A stretch of 64,000 nt of DNA, from positions 62,001 to 126,000 of the forward strand of contig CBFDEM010000023.1 in assembly GCA_965603825.1 (NCBI GenBank), read 5' to 3'. Below are positions 38,845 to 49,122 of the stretch, in pieces; the first letter of the stretch is position 1, and every line of letters starts with the position of its first letter. The position numbers and the translations under genes were made by a program. The notes beneath the pieces were generated by a model. It worked only from the letters and a program-made list of their open reading frames with translations. It was not told the origin of the DNA and ran no database searches. The stretch comes from Blepharisma stoltei ATCC 30299 (Eukaryota > Protista > Ciliophora).

Positions 38845-40290
38845 TTATTCAGTCAAACGATTAATTTTGTCACAAATATACTCAATTGCGTCTTTTATAC
38901 TTCTGATTTCTCTGATATCGCTATTGTCTCCTATTTTTTGAATGATTCTGTTCAAGCCTAGCAATCCGGTCGAAAAATCAGCCTTGATTTTTTCTGAGTC
39001 TTCTGAGTGTGTTTGCAGATCATGCTCTCGTTTAGCAAGGCTTACTTCTAAGTCATAAAGAGTGTGATAATCATATTCATCTTTTTGATGCTTTTGCAAG
39101 TTTAAATTATCATATTCTTTATTAAGCCTTTCTATTTCGTTCTGCTGCCGTCGGAGGGTAGCTTCTAAGTCAGTTCTTAATGATTCTAAGCTTTCTTTGG
39201 TTACTCTGAGCTTTTGAAGCTGAGAAAAAAGATTGGAAACTGAAGTTGAGTTCGTAATCCGAAGAGCTTCAGAAATTTTGCCTTCTTTTGCAGCTAGGAC
39301 TTGGCTGGCTTCTAAAAATTCTATTCTCAGCTTGTCTCCTTTTCTTACTTCATTGTCAATTTTCACTAAATTATTAATGTCTTGGTCTTTTATTTCAGCT
39401 TCTTTTTGCCGATATCAAAGCTGCTGCTCTTGCTTATAAAATGCGATGGCTTTGCTCCTTTCTTCGTATTTTTTTAATTCTTGATTTAGCAGCTCTCTCA
39501 TTCTTGTGCGCTGAGAGTTGATATTTTCTTGGATTTTTCCGAGTTTTCCTCTTGTTGCTAATGCAGATGTCAAATGATATTCACTTCCTCTGTCCAAATT
39601 TCTATTTTGTGCCAGAGTGTGCACAATTTGAGACTTCAAAAGCCGAGTTGGGTCTTTGATCGCACACAAATTCAAATACCTGACATTTGCCATATGGTTC
39701 AAAGAATCGGTAAAAATCGATTCTAAGTCTATTTTATTTTGCAATTTTTCATATTTTTCTTGCAATTGTTCTATATACTGCACTCTGTCTGTATTATCTT
39801 TTTCAATGTGTGTTAAATCGTCATATTTCTGATGTAATGAATTCAGTTCAGCATTTAATAAGCTTTGTTCATGCTTTAAGGAGTTATATTCTTTTTTTTT
39901 CTTCAGCACATGATCATATAAATCTTTAATCACTTCTTTTACATACTTAGATTTTTCCAACTTTCTTACGGTATCAGCCAGATCTCCTGCTTTAAGAGTA
40001 AATAACTCTTCGATTTCTCTATATAAATGTTACTGATTCGCTCTCTGCTGGATATTTCTAAGTAAATCATGTGTCACTGAAGATCGGCTTTGAGCTTTCC
40101 TTGATGATGGGACTGAAGTGTAGTTTGCCCTCGGTGTCGCTTTTGTGGAAGGGGTCATTGAAGGCTTGATAAAAAGAGGGACTGACTTGATATTTGGGAG
40201 CTGGACTTGCTTAGGGTTCCTCATAGCTGAGCGCGAGTTGAGTTTGTCATCTATAGAGGTTAATGCGAAAGTATCTTCTGGTCTTTTCAT
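38845..40290 (-). CDS. Coiled-coil protein, ODAD3/CCDC151-like (tentative), paralog of 32205-33668
   Basis: Three ORFs joined by intron 40019-40033 and TGA 39415. Shares P.DTF.LT, L.D.(V/I).KLEKS and L.HM...R...L....P with the paralog. Confidence 0.65.
40019..40033 (-). other. 15-nt spliceosomal intron
   Basis: GTAACATTTATATAG; removes an in-frame TAA. Confidence 0.88.
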
Positions 40291-41249
40291 AGTTATAACT
40301 TCAAATTATAATAAAAAAAGAAGGGGAAAAGTTTTGAAGATATTATGCAAAATTCTGAAGACATGAAAAGTATTCATAGGAAATGGGTTATTATAAATGC
40401 AAGTAAATGAATGTAAACAATTTATAATAAAATTTTTGAAATATATATTTAGGATTGTTTTAGATAGTTTATAGGATTAATAAAAGGAGTTTCCAGATTT
40501 TTAAAATTTTAAAAAAACTAACTGAAAATTTGCATACACTCACAGGATTAATTTCTAATTGCAGAAATTTTATAAACTTATACCTTGCAAGAAAAAATCC
40601 AGGCTTTTATATAGAAATTATGGGACTAATAGATATGAATAAGCCTGCTATTACATGTGAAATAAATATTTACTATTCTGAAATTTCATATACTGAAGCC
40701 ATCTGCCCATTATAATCTTTCCATTTTCTCGCAAAATTCTTTGTTCCCTTAACTAATTTATATTAATATGATGGCTGCTAAATATGTCCTTAGCAATGAT
40801 CTCGCAAATTTTTTTTTGTGATCTAAGTTCTTTAATTCTATCCCTTGAATTCATTTGAGCAGTTTTATGTGCTGGAATGAGCTGTGATAACTCCAAGACC
40901 AAAGTATTAGTTATCCAGGTGGTTTTGGAATGGTTTCTTTTTTTCTTGGTGACTCCACTCCTCCTAGATATCCAAGAGAAGGTATAGGGATTACCGGTGG
41001 CTTCATAGAATCCAATTGTGAAACGATGAAGGAGTCTTTCTGGCCTGTCTAGACTCTGGAAAAGCAGCAAGCCCTTTCCCAGAGAATACCACTTTTCCCA
41101 ATTGGGTTTCCCTCCTTAAAGCATATGGCTTTTTTCGGAAGCGTGCGGATACCCAAACCTTTAAATTCAATAATTTAAGCTTAAACTTAACTAATTTTTC
41201 ACATTAATGCCTATATTAGCTTTACTAAGTCACACTGATTATAATAAAT

Positions 41250-44200
41250 ATGAACAGAAAATATCATCAAAAGCGCTCAAAGAAAAATCTCCCTGAAGCA
41301 CCTCCGCCTTCATCTGACACTGCCAATGAGTATATGGACATCCTTGACATCTTCCATTGGGGATATACAACTAAGCGGGAAGTAAAATCAGTCGAGACCA
41401 GTGTCCCATTTAACTTTGATTATGTCCTGTATGACCTATCCACGAAATCCAAAGGAGCTGAAGAAGACATAGAGTTTGCTTTGAATCTAAAGCTAAGAAA
41501 CAATATTAGAAGAGGAAACACCATCATTGTCTTATATAAGCTTGCTAAAGGCCAAGCCAAAGATAGGCTTAGATCAGTAAATTGGGATGGGCAAAGATAT
41601 GAGATTAAGGAGCTTTATTGAGCGAGAAGAGGGATGTATAAATTTTTCGATATGTCCTTTGAGTTTTTAAATCAAGCTGACACAAAAGATTTAGAAATCG
41701 CAGGGAGTTTTGTTGGAAACTTCAGCTTAAATTACAGCAAAGCAGAAGCTCATAAAGAAGAGCTGAGAAAAGTAATTTTTGAAGGTGTAGAAAAAGCTAT
41801 AAGGAATGGAGAAACTGTAGACGTCTATAAAACTGTCAAAGCTAATGGAGAAAATGCACAAATTTCATATTTCCAGCCATTGGATTCATGGATAATTGCA
41901 AGCAAAAATGTGAGTTTAATAGCAAGAAATAGAAAAGATTTAGAAAAATATTCAGCTAACAGGTTTAATTTCGCAGGTTTAATAGCAAATGAGTGGTTTA
42001 ATATCATTGAAAGTATGAGACCTGATGTAGTAAATACTTTTAAACAAGAATTATCAGGGCATACTATTGTAGGGGAGTATACAGGAAATCAGGATTATCA
42101 ACATCTTATTAGATACAGCAAAATCTCTTTGGTGTTTTTTGCATTAGTTGACAATAATTCTGTAGTCACCTGTAAACCACCATTAAAAGCTTTACAATTT
42201 TTCAGAAAATTTAATCTTGAACACGTAAAAATGCAGAAATTCGGAAATTTACATAGTGTTTTGGATTTATATGAGAAGCTAAAAGGGCTGTTTTGTGAGG
42301 TTTCTTCAGAAACTTTAGAGGTAGGTGAAGAAGGAGCTGTTCTATATTTTGTAAAAAATAAAGCACAAGATAACCCTATACTAGCTGTTGCAGAAAATTT
42401 TCTATTAAAAAATACAGGAAATTTCCCTAGTGAGCATGAGTTTAACGAGGCTTTGGAAAACCAAGAAACTTTGTCATTAACCAAATTAAAAACGCTTGAG
42501 TATCGAATTTTTAGAAAAATCAGAGAAAAAACAAAATATATTGAAAACAATGCAAGTGATGTTTACAAAAAATTTGTGAAAGAAGTAAACGAGCTTGCCG
42601 CAGGACAAAGTTTGCCAAAGCCTATAGAGTATTATTTTGAAGTAGCAAGAAAAGCTTTTGAAGAAATTGAAAGAAATCCAAATTTATATAAAAATCGAGG
42701 AAAATATATTGATTTTTTGGATAAAGTTTTGGAGACTGTAAAACTGCCTGGATCCTATAAAAGGCCTAATACAAATTATAAATCAGTAGTATTATTGACT
42801 CCTCCTTGCTATTATTCAATGACACAAATAAAAGACATCTCTAATGCTCTTGGATGCTCAGAAATAAAATATGAGTACAAAGCAGCAAACCCATTGGAGT
42901 TTCCTTTATATATCTTTAACAATGTTCCTCGAAATCCTAAATTCAGTGAGCATGATCTTGTTATTTTTGCTGGGTATGCTACTTCTTCTATCCCAGAAAC
43001 CTTAAATAAGCTTCAAGAAATGAAAAATTCGACTGAAGAAATTCCATTGAATGCTCAAAGTTACATTAAAAACCAAAATCCAGAAGGAGCTATAAAAAAT
43101 TTATACAATGCAATTTTTGATCTTAGAAACTTTATAAAGAAATTTTCACATGATTTTGGCTTGATTTCTTATGAAAGGTTAATTGAAGAAGCGCTTAAGC
43201 TGCTTTTTCCACCTCCAAAGCCAAAAGTGTTTTACCCAGAAGGGACCTACGTTATTGTCCCTCTAGGTATTCCTGCACTTGGAAAAACAGAGCTGGTACC
43301 GGTTTTCCAAGAAATTGCGGAGAGAAATGGATTTATGTTTGTTTCTATAAGTTCTGATAAAATACGAGGAGAATTATATAATAAATATATAGAAGAGAAT
43401 GGAAAAACTGATGAGCAGGTTCTCTATGATAAAACGACTAAGCAGACTATTAAATTGTTTCAGGATGAAATTATTTCAGCTTTAAGCCAAGACTCTTCAA
43501 GAAAAATTATATATTTAGACAAAAATCATCCTCCAAATGCTATCAAGGGATCATTCGAAACAATTAAAAAAGGGGATAAAAATGCCAAAATTATTGTCAT
43601 GGTTCCAGACTGTGGAAAATACTACTTAGGCAAAAATTTCTTCCCAATGAGTTTGCAAGTCCTACTAACATGCTTGCTGAGGATTAAAAATAGAGACACT
43701 CATGAGACACTAGCTGGAACCTTAGAAAAAAGGGTTGGCGTTGTTATGATGATGTACATGCTTTATAAAAATTACCTTCTTGATGAAGGAAGTTCATTAT
43801 TAAGAGAAGTCAAATTTTTAAAGATACCATTTGTGGATGAAAAAATAAAGGTCAATGAAAATTTTGAGAATTTAATGATGTATGTGCTACAGAACTACAC
43901 AATAGGTAAGACTCCTTCTGAAGAATATATCAGAAGTATTATTGAAGAAATTGAAAAAAATGATGTTCCATTACCTCATATTAGCCTTGGAGATGTATTA
44001 GAAAGAGGACTAGAAAACCTAATCGGCCAAAAATTAGAAGAAGAGCAAATAAAAATAGCAGAAGAATCTAAAGATTTCCAACCATCAAAAATAGTCCAAG
44101 AAGAAGCTAAGCATCCTCTAAAAATCCATGAAGGAACTAAAGAAATCAAGCCAGCCCAAAAGCTTCATGAAGAAACTAAAGAAATTCCCCAAAAAATCCC

Positions 44201-44822
44201 AGAAGATGTCAAAATTGTTGAAGAAACAAAAACTGAGCACGAAAAAATCCCAGTTTACCTCGGTTTAGATTTGGAAGAATATTTCGGGACATCCTTAATT
44301 CCTCTTATCACATCTGCTCTAGACGCGTTTGCTTCAAGCTTCCCCGAAGAGCAAGCTATCCAAAGCGATTTAAAAGAGTTAGTCACCAGTGGTGTAAGAG
44401 TTTATTCCCCTGCTGGCAGAGTTTCAGATAAATGAAAATTCACAAATTCCCTCCATTTAACGTCATTTTTCATAGGAGGAAATAAAGAAAAGTTAAAATC
44501 AAGTTTTTATAGAGAATTCAGAGAAAATGCTGAATGCGTTTTGAGGCTTACTCATATCGTCTATGTTCCACAAAGGCTAATTTGTGCCTCTGCTGTGTCT
44601 ACTGATGGGTATTTTAGGATTGAAAATAAAATGCCGCACGTTACTTTACTACTAGGAAAATGGCCTGCAAAATTAAGTAATGAAGTGCTCATGTCTGCGA
44701 ACTTGCAGGATAATGTAAGTAGAAGCCATGGAAATTTAATGAAAGAAAGTGTGGATATATACGCATTAAAGCTGTATCCACAATGGTTTTTGAAAGGAGT
44801 AACAAAAAAATACCACAATTAA
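41250..44822 (+). CDS. Trl1-type trifunctional RNA repair/tRNA ligase (ATP-dependent ligase + polynucleotide kinase + 2H cyclic phosphodiesterase), 1190 aa
   Basis: Three ORFs in one frame joined by TGA. RGMYKFFD, motif I KANGEN (41838), EEGAV and K.K in the ligase; P-loop GIPALGKT (43266) and LDKNH in the kinase; HLT (44454) and PHVT (44637) 2H motifs. Confidence 0.85.
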
Positions 44823-45577
44823 TAAAAAATTAATTAGAAAATAAATTGACTTGTCTTTTGGCATTTTTTTGGCTCTTTTTCTAAATTTAAAAATTTAGTA
44901 AGGTGATACTGAGCATGGTATTCCAAAATCTCCAAAGCGAATTTTTTGCTGTCTTAAAGAGGATACGTTAAATATCATTATATAAATGGAGTTAAATAAA
45001 GTAATCTTAAGTGCTAAAATTATTGCTGCATGAATTTTATAAGTATATTGAAAAATATAGGCTTACACGAGTTTGTTTGTTTTTTAAATAATTTATTTGC
45101 TTCTTGATTTCTGTCTAAACTTTTAAAAAAGCTGATTTAAAAATAAGCTAGCAACTTTTATTAGCGAAATCATTTATTGAGATTTTAAACGGAGTGTCTT
45201 TAAATGGTAAAGAACATAAAAGGTTTTGGTCCGAAAAATGTATTTTATTAGAATTTCAGCGGCATTATAAGTGCTCAGTGACTGAAACTTAAAAGAGCAT
45301 ATAAATGCAGGACCATTTAGCACAAGGACACCAATTTTAATTACTTAACGTCAATTATATATGATTAAATTTAAAATCAAATTACAAACTCCCTGCTTCT
45401 GAAGGAAATGGATCTTTTTCGCAATATAAACTATCCTGATCATTTAAAGATTTATCTAAGTTTTCGGTATTAGTACCTATTCTGGTTTGATTTGGCACGA
45501 GGTTATAGCCTTGATATTGAATTTTTGAATTTTCTATATTGCTAGAGCCTATATTTGACCCATAATTTTCCTCAATT
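44122..45577 (+). repeat. Direct repeat copy A (Trl1 3' end + spacer + tail of Pmp/TM gene)
   Basis: Aligns by eye with 55901-57307 along its length, with substitutions and several indels. Confidence 0.9.
45186..45299. other. 114-bp TA-bounded segment absent from two paralogous copies (IES-like)
   Basis: gagattt-TA-aacgg...gagca-TA-taaat here versus gagattt-TA-taaat at ~57031 and ~58102. Confidence 0.65.
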
Positions 45578-48165
45578 ACTAAGTTTCATTGGACGTCCAA
45601 ATCCTGAAAGCATACATTAAGCACAGAAATATTTTTGTTAACGTAGTCATAGAACATAGGTGTTCCAAAGACTTTTGCTTCCTCATCAAATATAAATAAA
45701 TTTGCTTCCTCATATTCACTCCATGAAACTAAGGGAGCTTCAAATATTTTATTTAAAAATTTGATCCGCGATATTTCGTTGTAAAATGAAGGTTGAGAGT
45801 TTTGGATTGATGGGAGCAAGAGAGGCCCTTTTAAGCCATTAAACATAATACTTTTATTCGCAGCATAATCGCGCGAATTCCACCCAGCAAGCAATCTATG
45901 CAAGTGCTCGCCATCGTATTCGAAATTTGATTCTTCTTCATAATATTCACTGCATTCAAAATTATAAAGTTCACAATTTTTAAGCCTGATATTCTTTGAA
46001 GTAAACGATTGATAAGCATTAAATCTGAAAAATAATTGGTTGTAGGCAGTCAAATGTAAAATATCTGCAATACCTTTATAAATTCAATTGTTGGATTGGT
46101 TTTCTTTCAAATGGTCTTTTATTTTCAAGAGTTCTGTTCTCGCTTCATTTAAGTTGTTGATGGGCTTTTTGGTCAAATTTTGAACTTTAACGCTTATATC
46201 ATTTTCAAATAAGGTATTTAGCTGATTTTTAATAGAATTGCAGTCATCACCCCATAAATAATTCAAGACTTCAATTTCTGTGAGGATGCAGATCGGAGGC
46301 ATATTTGAATCAGGGATATTACTTAGCAAATATCTTGCCCGGGATAAAGAAATAGTTAACTCTTTTATTAATGAATCCTTTAATAAGTCTATTTTTTCAA
46401 GTTCGCTACTCAATTTGGCTTCAATTTTTGCTTTTAAATTGCTTAGAGCGTCATTTTTCCTTAACTCAATATAGGATGTGATATAGTTAAGTGTTGTATA
46501 GGTTCAGCACTTTAATCACTCTGGAATTTCATGCATCAGAGATTTATCAAGATTAAATTGCTCTATGTATTGAATTTCATCAGAGGTAATTTTGGCTGAA
46601 CTTGAAAATAAGAGAGCACATATTTTTCCAGCAAGGGGTAGACAAATATCTGTTTTTGAAGGGTTAATGAGATAGTATCCAGAACAATTAGTTTTTGAGC
46701 ATAAGCAAATACTGTTTTTATACTCTTCAATCTGATCTGTGCATGAGGAATAGTTCCATGTTAATTCTTCCAATGACTTTATTCTTCTTATTGTATAGAG
46801 ACCGATTGTATACCTGCCATTTGCAATCACTGTTCTTGCTTCGCAATTTGGGTAGCAAGAGTGATTAATTTTGCAAGTTCAATTTCCTCTTGGTATAGGA
46901 TCCACAAAAAAAACAGAATAGCCTTTTATATCATTTTTGTTTCTTTCCAGCTCAACTGTATAAAAATTGGATGATTCATTGGTAGAGTTTGCAGGTTGGA
47001 TTTTATTTTTACTATTTTGGATTGCAAGGTCTTTTTCATAAAATTCTCCTGCCGAATATATTTGGCCTGCGTATTCCCCCAAAAAGGCATTTTTCGGGAT
47101 TCCTTGAGAGGTGTTGCAAAAGATTCCATAACCTTTTTGATGGATGGTGAATTCCTTTAAAATAATATCATGTCCATATATTTCACCTAAGGCTTCAATC
47201 GAGTTATATAAAGCTTTAGAAAAATATTTATCATTCAGATTAAAAATTTCTTCAGTCATTATGCCTTGTAAAATGTGTTTAAAGCTGTCATTTATTTGAT
47301 TTGCTGCCCAATTTATTGCAATTGGCATAGAAACATTAAGAAATCTTTTCGCATCTATAGATTTTCCAATTATTTGTAAAATTATCTGGGCTGTTCTTTT
47401 ATCAAATCCAAAAGCTGGCATTTCTATCACATCCACATCTTTAATGTATTTTCGTCTGTTTTTAGATATTGAGCGATTTAGGCAAGTTTCTTCTTTGCAT
47501 AAGCATCTGCTAGTACATTCCATTTTATTGCTGAAACATGCATTTTTTTCAATAGATTCAAGAGAATCGCAAAATGCTCCATTACATCCTTCTTTATCTT
47601 CAATTATGCAAATTTCTTCTGCTGAAAAACCAGGATTTGAGGGTTTTAAATGCTCTATTTCTTCGATAATCTTGGAATGAAGATTTTGAAATGACCTTTG
47701 AGGAATTGATGGATACTTTTGAGATGAACTCATAATATTTATTCAGAAATCCTTTAAAGATTCGGCAATTTCTGTTTTAAAAATGCTCAAGTAAGAAAAT
47801 ATTGCTTCTTTCCACAATTCACAATTCAATTGCAATTCTTGTGTTTCAAAAAGTGAAATTTTGGAGTCAATTGCTTCATTAATTGCAGTCTTTAATTGAT
47901 CTATTGAATAAAATTGATCATAATGTTCTATTGCAGAAGAAATCGATTCTAAAGCAGATTGAAGAGTTTCTGGATCATTAAATAGCGATTCTGAAATTTC
48001 ATGATATGGGATTCCCTGAATTATATTTTTAATTGTTTCTGTTGGAGAAATCTTTTTTTTTGCTTGAATAAAAGCTTGGGCTTCATTCATTGCTCTAATA
48101 TTCCTTTCTTTTTTGAAATCTTTCTGTGCAGCAACTTTGTGATGCTTTTGAGATGGCTGGCTCAT
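45382..48165 (-). CDS. ATXR3/SDG2-like SET-domain histone lysine methyltransferase (927 aa) with a C-terminal tail borrowed from the Pmp/TM gene
   Basis: Five ORFs in one frame joined by TGA. KGYGIFCN, GEY.G.IY, FY.V.LER.K.D..GY...VD, INHSCYPNCEA, EELTWNY...EEY...ICLC...C.G.YL, G.L.LP.I, VFGTPM; first TAA at 45382-45384. Confidence 0.85.
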
Positions 48166-48279
48166 ATTATTAGGGGGGTTATGAAATTAATAAATTATTA
48201 GTCATTAAGATAATGCTAAATCCTAATTTAATTTTTAATAGCTTAGCAAGTTTTAATAAAATTAATTTCTAAAATAAAT

Positions 48280-49081
48280 TTATTTAAAGGCTCTTAATCG
48301 GAACCACTCCTTCGGAATAAAAAGTGTTCCATTTCCTTTGAAATCCTTGATCGTGAATTGCTTGAGACCTTTAAGCTTCAAAATAACTGGCTTCATCATT
48401 CAAGAATTATAAAAATAAATCAAAGGCCCTTCTACAATGGCAAATGATGAGTGGATGACGCTGAGATTTTGCAAATGGACAAGAAGATAAACTTTTTCAC
48501 CTCTTTCTGCAAAAACCCCAATTTGGTATTTTGCTATTTTCTCGCAGATAATGCTTTGGGATTTGAAAAGCATCGCAATAGAATAGCCGCCATTCTTTCA
48601 TCTTCCTTCTAGAGGTTCCTTTATTTTTCCATTTATTTCTATAACTGCTGCAATAATTGCACAAATTTCGCATGTAGAGACGAGTTAAGTTTATATCTGG
48701 GTTGTTTCCTTGAATGTAAAAGTCATCCATCTCGCCGGTTATTATGCATGCTTCTATATCTTCTTCATCGATGGATTCTATTGGCCATGAAAAGGCAAGA
48801 GTTTCTTTCTCAACGCTCCCGTGTTCAGGCCCACGATAGCAATTTAGGATTACGATTTGAAAGCCATCGAGAAACTCTTTGGTGTTTTCTGTAACCTTTC
48901 ACCACTTTGTGCGTGCAGTACGAGCTATTTTCTCTTGGAAAAGTTTGTTTAATGGGATTTCTACTTGAAATGGTTCATGATTATTCTTTAGGTTGAAAAT
49001 ATCGACTGTTTGAATGAAGTTGGCTTTTTGTAAGGGTCTTCTTGTTTTACTATGAGTGTTAGACTTGAGATTTTTTACCAT
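48280..49081 (-). pseudogene. Hypothetical gene with a single frameshift near 48690 (pseudogene or sequence error)
   Basis: ATG 49081 frame is open through TGA. A second frame open from ~48683 to TAA 48280-48282 gives a longer C-terminal half; no GT-AG intron at the switch. Confidence 0.5.
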
Positions 49082-49122
49082 TTATAATATAATAAATTCA
49101 AATCCCCCTTTAATTTAAACAT

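Noticed and set aside
40753-41160. GC-richer patch and 105-aa ORF with TTG start
   Set aside because: No ATG and no recognisable motif in the frames I read; may be a decayed gene but cannot be supported.
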